From NCBI GenBank assembly GCA_019414515.1, contig DXLX01000036.1:49438-113437 (forward strand): 64,000 nt of DNA, read 5' to 3'. Positions within the stretch are counted from its first letter, which is position 1; every line of letters starts with the position of its first letter. Under the pieces are notes generated by a model. It saw nothing but the letters and a program-made list of their open reading frames with translations, searched no databases and had not been told where the DNA came from. The stretch is from Collinsella sp. Its GTDB lineage: Bacteria > Actinomycetota > Coriobacteriia > Coriobacteriales > Coriobacteriaceae. Position numbers and translations under genes: made by a program. Shown here in pieces: positions 35,421-45,249 of this stretch.

Positions 35421-35480
35421 TATTATGTCGATAATCCGATATTCAACCAGACATTCTGGCTAAGGACTAAGGAAACTGCC

Positions 35481-37379
35481 ATGAAAAGACTCCCCCGCCT
35501 TGCGTTAGCCGCCGCGTTGTTTGCCGGCGCGCTCGCAGGCATCCCAAGCCTCGCTTTCGCGGGGAACCTGCCCGCCGCCATTGACGGCTCCGTGGCCGTC
35601 ATGCACACCAACGACATCCACGGCAGCTACAAGTACAGCTACAACGCAAGCAAGGGCACCGGCACTGTGGGCTTTGATGGGCTGGCGGTTCTCTATAGCG
35701 CCCAAAACAGCGCCCCCGATCTTTTGCTCGATGCGGGCGACACCTTCCACGGGCAGTCCTTCGCCACCATGAGCGAGGGCAAGAGCATCGCCGAGCTCAT
35801 GGACACCTTCTATGTAGACGGCTACGACGCGACCACGCCGGGCAACCACGACTGGAGCTACGGCGCAGACAAACTCCGCACCATGACCGGCTACAGCACC
35901 ACCGGCACGCCCTTCGCCATGCTCTGCGCGAACGCGAAGTCCACGAGCGGCGTATGGAGCTCGAGCATCACGAAGACGCTCGATCGCACCTGGGAGGATA
36001 CCGAGGATCACTCCACATTCGACTACAAAATCAAGGTCGGCGTCGTGGGTGCCATGGATGAGTCGCTAGGTTCCTCGCTGCGCGCGGACCTGGTCGCGGG
36101 CACCAGCTTCTCGAGTGCCGCGAACGCCATCAATACCGAGGCAGAGCAGCTGCGCAAGGAGGGCTGCGATGTTGTTGTGTGTATCGCGCACACGCTCGAC
36201 GCCAAGACCTTTGCCACGCGACTCCGTGGCGTCGATGCCCTTATCGCAGGCCACGAGCACATCAACCTTAACGAGAAGGTGACGGGAGCCGACGGCAAGA
36301 CGATCCACGTTGTCGAGGCAGGCAGCGCCTTTGCCGAGGTGGGGCTGCTTTCCATTCCGTACAAGTACAACACGAATGACACCGAGACGACCGACGATGA
36401 CACGGTCACGGTCCCTGCAGACGGTAGCGACGAGAAGCTCTACACCGCCAAGAACGTCAACGACCTTTTGGCAGACCCCGACAAGGGCTCCGACTACCAA
36501 AGCCGCCTTGAAGCCGTCCGCAACAAGATCAAGCCGCTCGACGAGGACTTTGAAAACGAATCGAACAAGGTGCTCGGCACATCCACCACCAACTATTTCT
36601 ACGGCGAGGACGCCGCAGGCACGCATGGTTGGGAAATGGTGCGCACCACCGATTTCCGCCCCAGCAAGGAGGGCGACACCACCAAGGCCCAGACCATCGG
36701 CCACGTGATTTGCGGCTCCTATCTTGCCCTGACGGGCGCGGACTTCCTCGCAGCGCTCGAGCACTCGCTACAAATCAGCGACGATTGCAACGACAGCTAC
36801 GAGCTTCAGCAGGCTTATGTGGCGGCCGGTCACACCGAGCAGGAGGCGCAAAACAAGTACAAGTGGCGCGATGACTCTGGCAGCGTTCTCTCCTTTGGCG
36901 GCATCAACGTGACGATTGATTGGACGCAGCCCGAAGGCAAGCGCATTGTGAGTGCCACACTCACCAAAGACGGCAGCACGTTCGATCCCACCAAGACCTA
37001 TACCGTCGCCACCAACAACTACATCATTACCAACACGACCGACTTCCCCACCTTCGCAAACGCCACCAAGCACACCGAGTGGGGTACCTGCGAGTCAGCG
37101 CTAAGGGCGCTGATCGGGCAGAACGGCTGGGAGAGCAAGATGGCCGGGCTCGCCGGCACCATCGGCTTCGGCTCCGCAGCCGTGGACCCCACGCCCTCAC
37201 CGGCCCCGACGCCTAAGCCCTCGTCTAAGACGGACACGGCGACCACGAAGGTCATCACCAAGAAGACGACCGGTAAGCTTGCCGCAACGGGAGACCGCAC
37301 GCTGGCAGTAGTTGGCGCGTGCCTTATCGGCGGCATCATCGTCATCATGCTCGGCATTATCTGGAAGCGTCGACGCTAA
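35481..37379 (+). CDS. cell-wall-anchored bifunctional metallophosphatase / 5'-nucleotidase
   Basis: Signal peptide, GNHDW metallophosphatase motif. C-terminal LAATG sorting motif, hydrophobic segment and KRRR tail. Confidence 0.8.
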   Translation: MKRLPRLALAAALFAGALAGIPSLAFAGNLPAAIDGSVAVMHTNDIHGSYKYSYNASKGTGTVGFDGLAVLYSAQNSAPDLLLDAGDTFHGQSFATMSEGKSIAELMDTFYVDGYDATTPGNHDWSYGADKLRTMTGYSTTGTPFAMLCANAKSTSGVWSSSITKTLDRTWEDTEDHSTFDYKIKVGVVGAMDESLGSSLRADLVAGTSFSSAANAINTEAEQLRKEGCDVVVCIAHTLDAKTFATRLRGVDALIAGHEHINLNEKVTGADGKTIHVVEAGSAFAEVGLLSIPYKYNTNDTETTDDDTVTVPADGSDEKLYTAKNVNDLLADPDKGSDYQSRLEAVRNKIKPLDEDFENESNKVLGTSTTNYFYGEDAAGTHGWEMVRTTDFRPSKEGDTTKAQTIGHVICGSYLALTGADFLAALEHSLQISDDCNDSYELQQAYVAAGHTEQEAQNKYKWRDDSGSVLSFGGINVTIDWTQPEGKRIVSATLTKDGSTFDPTKTYTVATNNYIITNTTDFPTFANATKHTEWGTCESALRALIGQNGWESKMAGLAGTIGFGSAAVDPTPSPAPTPKPSSKTDTATTKVITKKTTGKLAATGDRTLAVVGACLIGGIIVIMLGIIWKRRR

Positions 37380-37430
37380 GCTACACCGCCGGGCCTTACA
37401 GCCCCGCCGCGTAAACCTTATATCGAGCAC

Positions 37431-37466
37431 AGAAGCCCGTCCGATGTGATCGGACGGGCTTCTTGG
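37431..37466 (+). terminator. terminator hairpin after the 5'-nucleotidase gene
   Basis: Perfect 15-bp stem AGAAGCCCGTCCGAT / ATCGGACGGGCTTCT with a weak T-tail. Confidence 0.6.
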
Positions 37467-37507
37467 TGGGTATCATGGTTGGACGATCATTAGGAGGTTT
37501 TCCCTAC

Positions 37508-38275
37508 ATGGAATTGTTTGAGCCGATTCTTCATTTCTTTGAGCAACGGTGGGTCCACAACATCATCTGGGCCGTCATCTTGGCGATAGGCACCGCCGTC
37601 GCCGCCAAGGTCGTATCCAAGACCCTGAACCATCTGCTTAACCGAGACGATAACCCGCTTCCGGCATCGAGTATCTTCATCAACATCGCGCGCGCCGTCA
37701 TCTGGATGATCGGCGGCAGCTTTATCCTCGACAACTGCTTTGGCATTAACGCAAACGCGCTCGTCGCCGCTCTTGGCGTCGGCGGCATCGCTATCTCGCT
37801 CGGCTTTCAGGACACGCTGTCAAACCTTATCGGCGGCATGCAGGTGACCTTTATGGGCATCATCAAGCCCGGCGACAATATCGAGGTCGGCGGCGTATCC
37901 GGCGTGGTCCAAGACATCACTTGGCGCCATACAACGATTGAGGATGCCTGTGGACAGACCATCATTGTGCCCAACTCCAACATTTCCAAGAACACACTCG
38001 TGCATTTGATGCCCTTTGGGCGCGTGGCCGTGCCCGTTGCCGTAAAGGACACGTCCAAGTGGGCTTCCCTTGACGTGCTGGCAGACGAGCTGACCAGCGC
38101 CACCAAGGCCGCCGTGCTTCCCATCTCGGGCTTTGACAAGGAGCCCTACGTACTCTTTAGCGAAATCGGCGACTTTGGCATCAAAGGAAAGATCATCTTT
38201 ATCGTCAGCGACGACAGCACTACTTTCACGGCAGCCGACGCCTGCATCCGTGCCATCGCCCCCATCATCGCCTAA
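37508..38275 (+). CDS. mechanosensitive ion channel family protein (MscS-like)
   Basis: ORF trimmed to Met16 (AGGAGG RBS). Three N-terminal TM helices followed by the conserved MscS beta domain (GDNIEVGGVSGVVQDITWRHTTI). Confidence 0.8.
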   Translation: MELFEPILHFFEQRWVHNIIWAVILAIGTAVAAKVVSKTLNHLLNRDDNPLPASSIFINIARAVIWMIGGSFILDNCFGINANALVAALGVGGIAISLGFQDTLSNLIGGMQVTFMGIIKPGDNIEVGGVSGVVQDITWRHTTIEDACGQTIIVPNSNISKNTLVHLMPFGRVAVPVAVKDTSKWASLDVLADELTSATKAAVLPISGFDKEPYVLFSEIGDFGIKGKIIFIVSDDSTTFTAADACIRAIAPIIA

Positions 38276-38318
38276 CCCGCCAAAAAGGGACAGGCACCTT
38301 TGTGGTGGTTTTCATTCG
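38276..38318 (+). repeat. GGGACAGG hairpin element, copy 4 (diverged 3' half); probable mscS terminator
   Basis: CCCGCCAAAAAGGGACAGGCACCTTTGTGGTGGTTTTCATTCG. Confidence 0.6.
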
Positions 38319-38366
38319 TGGTACCATGGTTCATATAGTTGTTTAAACGACTAAGGGAGCAACATC

Positions 38367-40283
38367 ATGGAAGAGGCCTATCGTCAAGCACGCAAGCGCG
38401 GCGAGCAGGGACGCCGTCGCGCCATCAGCCAAAGCGAGCACCCGTACCTTACGGACCTCGACAGCCTCGTTGCCCAGCTCCCCTTAGGTCAGCGAGAGAA
38501 TGTCGGCCTAAGGGATATTCCGCTCGAAATGGTCGTCGGCACAGTCACCAAAGGCCGTCAGTCCGCCTTTTCATGCAACTTTATGCCCCTGCTGCCGTTT
38601 AACACTGAGTTCGCCCGCAAGTGGTCCAACCTCTACGACATCCAGGTAACCGAGGGCTATCGCGATCCCATCATCGTCACCGAGTTCATGCATCGGTTCT
38701 ATGTCCAGGAAGGCAACAAACGCGTCAGTGTCCTCAAATTCCTGGACGCTCCAACGGTTTCGGCCAGGGTCACCCGTCTCTACCCCGGCACATGGGATTC
38801 CGTCGAAAGCCGCCTGTACGGTGAATTCTGCGCGTTTTGGCGCGTCTGCCCCCTATACGAAATCGAGTTCTCGCGTGAGGGAAGCTACGAGACGCTCGCC
38901 AAGATGCTCGGTCGGAACCTTATCGAAAAATGGCCGCAGAAAAAGGTCGACTACCTGCGCCACACCTTCCTGCTCTTTAAGCGCGCCTACCTTCGCGCAG
39001 GCGGCGACCACCTGGACATTACGCCCGCCGACGCCATGCTCGTCTACCTCAATGTGTACAACCAGGACCGCCTGCTGGATACGCCGACGGATATCGTCGT
39101 AAACCGCCTGTGCAAGATTTGGCGCGAGCTGGTCATTGCCGGCAAAAACGACGAGGACAAGGTCGATCTTGTCGAAGCGCCGAGCGTCGATGAGGAGGAG
39201 TCGCCCGCCAAGTCCACCTCCGGCGTGCTCAACTTCTTTATGGGCAAGACTGTCTATTCGGCGGCCAACCCCCTGCGTATCGCCTTTATCCATGAGTTCC
39301 CCTGTGCGGCGTCGAGCTGGGACAGTCTGCACGACCAAGGACGTCAGTATCTCGATGAGCACTTTGACGGTATCGTGCGCACCGAGGCGTTCGAAGACTG
39401 TCACGATCCGGACGTGTTCTACGCCGCCGTGGAAACGGCTGTCAAACATGGAGACAACGTCATCTTCTCGACCTCGCACCGCCTGATGGAATACACGCTC
39501 AGAGCTGCCGTTGAGTATCCCCAGGTTCGGTTCCTTAACTGCTCTATCGGCCTTCCCCACCAAAGCGTCCGTTCGTACTTTGGCAAGATGTACGAGGCCA
39601 AGTTCCTCCTGGGCGCCCTTGCCGCCAGCATGGCGGACAACCATCGCATCGGCTACCACGCGTCGGTCTTCGCATCCGGCGCGCTCAGCGAGATCAATGC
39701 CTTTGCCATCGGTGCCTCGCTGCTCGACCCCCGCGCGCAAATTATCCTCACCTGGGGCGATGTGCCCGCCGGCGGTCTCGCCGAGGCCATGTGCCGCGAA
39801 GGCGTGAGCGTCATGACCGGCGCTGACATGTCAAAGTCGCTCGAAGACCCTACGGCCTACGGACTCCACCGCCTGGTCGATGGCAAGGTTACCGGCATCG
39901 CCATGCCGGTATGGAACTGGGGCCGTTACTACGAGCTCATCGTTCGCAGCCTTCTGCACGGCACGTGGGACGAGACCAGCGATGACAACCAAGTGCGCGC
40001 CGTCAACTACTGGTACGGCATGAGCTCCGGCGTTATCGACATCCGTTACGCTCCGGGCCTACCCTACCAGACGCGCAAACTCGTGCAGTTGCTCCGCAAC
40101 GGCATTGTCGAGGGATCCATCAACCCCTTTGGCGGCGAGCTCCACAGTCAGAACGGCGTGGTACAGATCGAAGGCTTCCCTCCGCTGCCGAGCACGCAGA
40201 TTGTCGAGATGAATTGGCTGGCGGATAACGTGGTAGGCACCATTCCGCAGCTCGACGATGAGCCGAAAGTCCCTGCCCTATGA
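38367..40283 (+). CDS. cytoplasmic fusion protein: ParB/Srx-like N-terminal domain plus BMP (PnrA/Med-type) ligand-binding domain
   Basis: 638 aa with no signal peptide or lipobox. N-terminal LRDIPLEMVVGT...DPIIVTEFMHRFYVQEGNKRVSVLKFLDAPTVSARV resembles the ParB N-domain. The C-terminal half resembles BMP proteins (GKMYEAKFLLGALAASMADNHRIGYHA...AFAIGA). Confidence 0.6.
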   Translation: MEEAYRQARKRGEQGRRRAISQSEHPYLTDLDSLVAQLPLGQRENVGLRDIPLEMVVGTVTKGRQSAFSCNFMPLLPFNTEFARKWSNLYDIQVTEGYRDPIIVTEFMHRFYVQEGNKRVSVLKFLDAPTVSARVTRLYPGTWDSVESRLYGEFCAFWRVCPLYEIEFSREGSYETLAKMLGRNLIEKWPQKKVDYLRHTFLLFKRAYLRAGGDHLDITPADAMLVYLNVYNQDRLLDTPTDIVVNRLCKIWRELVIAGKNDEDKVDLVEAPSVDEEESPAKSTSGVLNFFMGKTVYSAANPLRIAFIHEFPCAASSWDSLHDQGRQYLDEHFDGIVRTEAFEDCHDPDVFYAAVETAVKHGDNVIFSTSHRLMEYTLRAAVEYPQVRFLNCSIGLPHQSVRSYFGKMYEAKFLLGALAASMADNHRIGYHASVFASGALSEINAFAIGASLLDPRAQIILTWGDVPAGGLAEAMCREGVSVMTGADMSKSLEDPTAYGLHRLVDGKVTGIAMPVWNWGRYYELIVRSLLHGTWDETSDDNQVRAVNYWYGMSSGVIDIRYAPGLPYQTRKLVQLLRNGIVEGSINPFGGELHSQNGVVQIEGFPPLPSTQIVEMNWLADNVVGTIPQLDDEPKVPAL

Positions 40284-40990
40284 AAATCCTTGCCATAGCC
40301 GATACCGAAGAACGATGCCTTTGGGAGTGCTTTCGCAAGGAACGCTTTGAGGGCGTCGACCTGATTTTGTCCGCCGGCGATCTGGACCCGGACTATCTTG
40401 AGTTTTTGGTCACGGTCATCAACAAACCGCTCATCTACGTGCGCGGCAATCACGATGACCGCTACGCACGTCATGCACCGGGTGGATGTATCTGCGTAGA
40501 GGACAGCGTGTACACGTACCGAGGGATTCGCATTGCGGGCCTTGGCGGGTCCATGCGTTATCGCGACGGCGCCAACATGTACACCGAACGCGAGATGTCC
40601 AAGCGCATGCGTAAGCTGTCGCGTAAGGTTAGGATGGTCGGCGGGTGCGACATTCTGCTTACCCATGCACCCGCCGCCGGTATGGGTGATCTGGACGATC
40701 TGCCGCATCGAGGATTCGAGTGTTTTAACACAGCACTCGAATCCTGGAATCCCGACTACATGGTGCACGGGCATGTGCACCAAAGCTACGGTTGCGATTT
40801 TCAGCGCGAGCGTCAGCATGTGTGTGGAACGACGATCATCAACGCCTGCGGCTATACGCAGTTTGAGCTCGACCAGACGCACTACCCCATCCGCGGCTGG
40901 CAAGCAGCTTGGCTCAACTCACAAACCATGCGCCGCGAGCTCAAACGCCACGAAGCCATCGAGTCTTCAACAGCCAGAACACCCTGGTAA
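40280..40990 (+). CDS. metallophosphoesterase (calcineurin-like)
   Basis: 236 aa; motifs AIADTE, SAGDLD, GNHD, LTHAP, HGHVH. The ATG overlaps the upstream TGA (ATGA). Confidence 0.8.
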   Translation: MKILAIADTEERCLWECFRKERFEGVDLILSAGDLDPDYLEFLVTVINKPLIYVRGNHDDRYARHAPGGCICVEDSVYTYRGIRIAGLGGSMRYRDGANMYTEREMSKRMRKLSRKVRMVGGCDILLTHAPAAGMGDLDDLPHRGFECFNTALESWNPDYMVHGHVHQSYGCDFQRERQHVCGTTIINACGYTQFELDQTHYPIRGWQAAWLNSQTMRRELKRHEAIESSTARTPW

Positions 40991-40991
40991 C

Positions 40992-41030
40992 CACCATAAA
41001 GGGGACACTGTCCCCTTTATGGTGCTTTTG
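40992..41030 (+). terminator. perfect 33-nt palindrome plus T-run after the metallophosphoesterase gene
   Basis: CACCATAAAGGGGACA-C-TGTCCCCTTTATGGTG followed by CTTTTG. Confidence 0.75.
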
Positions 41031-41040
41031 ACGCGATAGC

Positions 41041-41079
41041 AAGAAACCCGGTCCTGCACAAGGCAGAACCGGGTTTCTT
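41041..41079. terminator. bidirectional hairpin between the plus-strand block and rplA
   Basis: Perfect 12-bp stem AAGAAACCCGGT / ACCGGGTTTCTT with U-rich ends on both strands. Confidence 0.7.
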
Positions 41080-41115
41080 TAGCAATGCTTGCTGTACTCA
41101 GGCAGTAACTAGCAG

Positions 41116-41823
41116 TTACTCAGCCAGGAAGTCACGCTGGACAGCGGGATCGACCTTGACGCCAGGGCCCATGGTGGAAGACACGGAGATGGACTTGACG
41201 TACTTGCCCTTAGCAGAAGAGGGCTTGACGCGCAGAATCTCGGTGTACAGGGCAGCGTAGTTCTCGACGAGCTGCTGCTCAGAGAAGGACTTCTTGCCCA
41301 GGGGCACGTGGCAGATGCCGTAGCGGTCGGCGCGGTACTCAACGCGGCCAGCCTTGAGCTCGGAGACCATCTTGGCGACGTCCATGGTCACGGTGCCGAG
41401 CTTGGGGTTCGGCATGAGGCCACGGGGACCAAGGATCTTACCGATGCGGCCAACCTTGGCCATCATGTTCGGCGTAGCGATAGCGGCGTCGAAGTTGATC
41501 TCGCCCTTCTGAATCTGGGCGACGAGCTCGTCGGAACCGATGATGTCGGCGCCGGCAGCCTCAGCCTCACGGGCCTTCTCGCCCTCGGCGAAGACGGCAA
41601 CACGAACGGTCTTGCCGGTGCCGTGGGGCAGGGAGATGGAACCACGGATGTTCTGGTCAGCCTTACGAGTATCGATGCCCAGACGGAAGTGAGCCTCGAC
41701 GGTCTCGTCGAACTTGGCGGTGTCGAGCTCCTTGATGAGCTTGGCAGCCTGAAGGGGGGTGTAGAGCGTGGCGCGGTCGATCTTCTCGGCAGCGGCGTTA
41801 TAGCTCTTACCATGCTTAGCCAT
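41116..41823 (-). CDS. rplA: 50S ribosomal protein L1
   Basis: [17 protein letters not shown]...; start taken at Met3 of the ORF. Confidence 0.95.
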   Translation of the reverse strand: MAKHGKSYNAAAEKIDRATLYTPLQAAKLIKELDTAKFDETVEAHFRLGIDTRKADQNIRGSISLPHGTGKTVRVAVFAEGEKAREAEAAGADIIGSDELVAQIQKGEINFDAAIATPNMMAKVGRIGKILGPRGLMPNPKLGTVTMDVAKMVSELKAGRVEYRADRYGICHVPLGKKSFSEQQLVENYAALYTEILRVKPSSAKGKYVKSISVSSTMGPGVKVDPAVQRDFLAE

Positions 41824-41940
41824 GTGCATTACCTCCTGTGGTTAAACGGGCGTGAGCCCTCCCACATCGTATCGTGTGCCCTATTGCACACATTTAACGG
41901 GCGCCCCGGTCGGAGCACCCGCCGTTACCATAAGAAATCG

Positions 41941-42369
41941 CTACTCAGCGATGGTGACGCCCATGGAACGGGCGGTACCGGCGATGATCTTCTTGGCGGC
42001 GTCAATGTCGTTGGCATTGAGGTCCGGCATCTTGATCTCGGCGATCTTGGTGAGCTGCTCCTGGGAGAGCTGACCAACCTTGTCAGCCTGGGGCTTAGCG
42101 GAACCAGACTTGAGGTTCAGCTCCTTCTTGATAAGGTGAGCCGCCGGCGGGGTCTTGGTGATGAAGGAGAAGGACTTGTCCTCGTAGACAGAGATCTCAA
42201 CGGGGATGATGTCACCCTTCTTGTCCTGCGTCTCGGCGTTAAAGGCCTGGCAGAACTGCATGATGTTCACGCCAGCAGCGCCCAGGGCGGGGCCGACGGG
42301 AGGAGCGGGGTTTGCTGCACCAGCAGGAATCTGGAGCTTAATGACGTTGGCAACCTTCTTCTCAGCCAT
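41941..42369 (-). CDS. rplK: 50S ribosomal protein L11
   Basis: [30 protein letters not shown]; start taken at Met3 of the ORF. Confidence 0.95.
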   Translation of the reverse strand: MAEKKVANVIKLQIPAGAANPAPPVGPALGAAGVNIMQFCQAFNAETQDKKGDIIPVEISVYEDKSFSFITKTPPAAHLIKKELNLKSGSAKPQADKVGQLSQEQLTKIAEIKMPDLNANDIDAAKKIIAGTARSMGVTIAE

Positions 42370-42489
42370 GGTCATTCCTTTCGAATCACGAGTGTGAAGT
42401 ACTTGCTATATCGTAAGCACGCACGTGTTAGAAGCACTCCTGAGATGAGCAGTCACAGAAGAAGCACGCTCGCGCGAACGGACGAAAAC

Positions 42490-43026
42490 TTAAGCGATGA
42501 CAGCGACCTGGTTAAAGTCGAGCTCGACCGGCGTCTCGCGGCCAAAGATCATCAGCGTGACCTTGAGCTTGCCAGCCTCGGTGTTAACCTCGGAGACCTT
42601 GCCATCAAAGTCGGTAAGCGGGCCATCGGTGACGCGGACGGACGTACCGACCTCAATATCAACCGAGGTGCGCTTGGGCGAATCGCCCTTACCGGGACGA
42701 CGAGTCATCTTGTTGTACTCGTCGCGGGAAAGCGGAGCGGGCTTGCCGTTGCCGCCTAGGAAACCGGTGACGCCAGGCGTGTTACGAACACACGTCCAAG
42801 CATCGTCATCCATCTCCATGCGGACCAGGACATAACCCGGGAAGATCTTGGAATCCTTGGTCTCACGCTTGCCACCCTCTTTAATCTCGGTGACGCGCTC
42901 CATAGGAATCTCGATATCAAAGATACGGTCCTGCATGCCCATAGTCTCGATGCGATGCTCGAGATCGGACTTAACGCGGTTCTCGTATCCAGAGTAAGTG
43001 TGAACGACGTACCAACGCTTAGACAT
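42490..43026 (-). CDS. nusG: transcription termination/antitermination factor NusG
   Basis: 178 aa; [21 protein letters not shown] domain and a C-terminal KOW domain. Confidence 0.95.
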   Translation of the reverse strand: MSKRWYVVHTYSGYENRVKSDLEHRIETMGMQDRIFDIEIPMERVTEIKEGGKRETKDSKIFPGYVLVRMEMDDDAWTCVRNTPGVTGFLGGNGKPAPLSRDEYNKMTRRPGKGDSPKRTSVDIEVGTSVRVTDGPLTDFDGKVSEVNTEAGKLKVTLMIFGRETPVELDFNQVAVIA

Positions 43027-43029
43027 GGT

Positions 43030-43368
43030 TTAGCCCCTCAATCCAGAGAACAGAGCAAGAGCCTCGCCAAAGCCAGCATCGAGCAGAGCGATGACGACGC
43101 CGACGACGATCAGAGAAGCGCAAACAACAACCGAGTAGTTCACGAGCTCCTTCTTATCGGGCCACGTGACACGCTTCATCTCGGACTTGACCGAAGCGAA
43201 ATACTTCTTGGTGCGGGCGAAGAAACCAGGCTTCTCGTTCTTCTTGGACTTCGCAGCCTTCTCGTTCTTCTTGGCAACGGCCTTCTTGGCCTCAACCTTG
43301 GAGTTGGCGGCAGCTTTGTTGGCAGGTGCCGGCTGCTGAGCCTTCTTCTTGTTCTTCTTGTTGGCCAT
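43030..43368 (-). CDS. secE: preprotein translocase subunit SecE (lysine-rich N-terminal extension)
   Basis: 112 aa; single C-terminal TM helix after the KRVTWPDKKEL motif. Canonical position before nusG. Confidence 0.85.
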   Translation of the reverse strand: MANKKNKKKAQQPAPANKAAANSKVEAKKAVAKKNEKAAKSKKNEKPGFFARTKKYFASVKSEMKRVTWPDKKELVNYSVVVCASLIVVGVVIALLDAGFGEALALFSGLRG

Positions 43369-43444
43369 TTGGGTTACCTCCGCGCAATGCGCTTATACAT
43401 GAGTAAACCGTAAGCCCCCAAGTGGGAGCTTACGGAATAATGAC

Positions 43445-43520
43445 TGGCACGCCAGGAAGGACTCGAACCCTCAACACTCGGTTTTGGAGACCGATGCTCT
43501 ACCAATTGAACTACTGGCGT
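43445..43520 (-). tRNA. tRNA-Trp (CCA)
   Basis: 76 nt cloverleaf built by hand: acceptor ACGCCAG/CTGGCGT, anticodon loop CTCCAAA, T-loop TTCGAGT, encoded CCA end. Canonical rpmG-tRNATrp-secE position. Confidence 0.9.
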
Positions 43521-43533
43521 ATGTGACTAGAGA

Positions 43534-43683
43534 CTAGCGAGTCTCTTTGTGCAGCGTGTGGTGACGGCACCAGGGGCAATACTTCTTGATCTCCATACGA
43601 TCAGGCATGGTCGACTTGTTCTTGGTGGTCGTATAGTTGCGGCGCTTGCACTCAGTGCACGCAAGAGTAACTAGAGTACGCAT
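43534..43683 (-). CDS. rpmG: 50S ribosomal protein L33
   Basis: Below the ORF-track size cutoff. Own translation: [49 protein letters not shown] (CxxC...CxxC zinc ribbon). Confidence 0.9.
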   Translation of the reverse strand: MRTLVTLACTECKRRNYTTTKNKSTMPDRMEIKKYCPWCRHHTLHKETR

Positions 43684-43728
43684 GTATCCTGAACCTTTCA
43701 TTTCCGCCCCGTACGGGCACGAGTTGTT

Positions 43729-43758
43729 ACTTTATCAGCTCCACGTAAGTGCTGTCAA
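43729..43758 (-). promoter_or_regulatory. candidate promoter of rpmG-tRNATrp-secE-nusG
   Basis: Minus strand TTGACA-18 nt-TAAAGT. Shares GAGGTTTTC(A/G)TTGACAGC with the promoter at 45560-45599. Confidence 0.45.
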
Positions 43759-43897
43759 TGAAAACCTCGAGTCAATTGGTTCTCGGTGGATCCATTCATA
43801 TTTGGAACACATTAATGAAGCCATCGAGAGCTAATCGACGGTGCATCCAGGACCATTATCGATCCTCTCGACACCAGCAACGGCTCAATATCCATTG

Positions 43898-43935
43898 CAG
43901 AAAAGAACCCGGCACCCATATAAGTGCCGGGTTCT
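43898..43935 (-). terminator. intrinsic terminator after tuf
   Basis: Perfect 12-bp stem AGAACCCGGCAC / GTGCCGGGTTCT followed by a T-rich tail on the minus strand. Confidence 0.8.
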
Positions 43936-43962
43936 CTAAGTCAGCTATATCAAAGAGCTAAT

Positions 43963-45153
43963 TTACTCAATGATCGTGGAGACGATGCCCGAACCGACGG
44001 TGTGGCCACCCTCGCGGATAGCGAAGCGCAGGCCCTCCTCCATGGCGATCGGGTGGATGAGGTCGCCCTCGATGGTGATGTGGTCACCAGGCATAGCCAT
44101 CTCGGTGCCCTCGGGGAGCTTGACCGTACCGGTAACGTCGGTGGTACGGAAGTAGAACTGAGGACGATAACCATCGAAGAACGGGGTGTGACGGCCGCCC
44201 TCCTCCTTGGTCAGAACGTAGATCTCGCCGGTGAACTTGGTGTGCGGGGTAACCGAACCGGGCTTGCAGAGAACCTGGCCGCGCTCGATGTCCTCACGCT
44301 TGATGCCGCGGAGCAGCAGACCGACGTTGTCGCCAGCCTCGCAGAAGTCCATGGACTTACGGAACATCTCGATACCGGTAACGACGGTGTTCTGGGTATC
44401 CTTGATGCCGACGATCTCGACGGGCTCGTTGAGCTTGAGCTCACCGCGCTCGACACGGCCAGTAGCAACGGTACCACGGCCGGAGATGGTCATAACGTCC
44501 TCAACGGCCATCAGGAACGGGAGGTCGTTGTTACGAGCAGGCGTCGGGATGTACTCGTCGACGGCCTTCATGAGCTCGCGAATGGCGTCCATCCACTTGG
44601 CGTCGCCCTCGAGAGCGCCCAGAGCGGAGCCACGGATGACGGGGATGTCGTCGCCGGGGAAATCGTACTCGGAGAGGAGCTCACGGGTCTCCATCTCGAC
44701 GAGGTCGATGAGCTCGTCATCGTCGACCATGTCGCACTTGTTCAGGAAGACGACGATGTAGGGAACGCCGACCTGACGGGCGAGCAGGATGTGCTCGCGG
44801 GTCTGAGCCATGGGGCCGTCGGTAGCAGCGATGACCAGGATAGCGCCGTCCATCTGAGCAGCGCCGGAGATCATGTTCTTGACGTAGTCAGCGTGGCCCG
44901 GGCAGTCAACGTGAGCGTAGTGACGGGCAGCGGTCTCGTACTCAACGTGGGAGACGGAAATCGTAATGCCGCGCTCGCGCTCCTCGGGAGCCTTGTCGAT
45001 GTTCTCGAACGCAGTGAAGTCAGCCTTGCAGCCCTCGGTCTCGGAGAGAACCTTGGTGATGGCAGCGGTCAGCGTGGTCTTGCCGTGGTCGACGTGACCA
45101 ATGGTGCCGATGTTAACATGCGGCTTAGTGCGCTCAAACTTCTCTTTGGCCAT
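43963..45153 (-). CDS. tuf: elongation factor Tu
   Basis: 396 aa; [17 protein letters not shown] and NKCD motifs. Confidence 0.98.
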   Translation of the reverse strand: MAKEKFERTKPHVNIGTIGHVDHGKTTLTAAITKVLSETEGCKADFTAFENIDKAPEERERGITISVSHVEYETAARHYAHVDCPGHADYVKNMISGAAQMDGAILVIAATDGPMAQTREHILLARQVGVPYIVVFLNKCDMVDDDELIDLVEMETRELLSEYDFPGDDIPVIRGSALGALEGDAKWMDAIRELMKAVDEYIPTPARNNDLPFLMAVEDVMTISGRGTVATGRVERGELKLNEPVEIVGIKDTQNTVVTGIEMFRKSMDFCEAGDNVGLLLRGIKREDIERGQVLCKPGSVTPHTKFTGEIYVLTKEEGGRHTPFFDGYRPQFYFRTTDVTGTVKLPEGTEMAMPGDHITIEGDLIHPIAMEEGLRFAIREGGHTVGSGIVSTIIE

Positions 45154-45249
45154 AAAGCCCTCCTCTTAACAGGTCGTCCCCGGACGGGACTTTGCCTTTA
45201 TACCATAGTGGCCTCTCAACATACTATTGAGAAGCCACCGTGTTACCTA

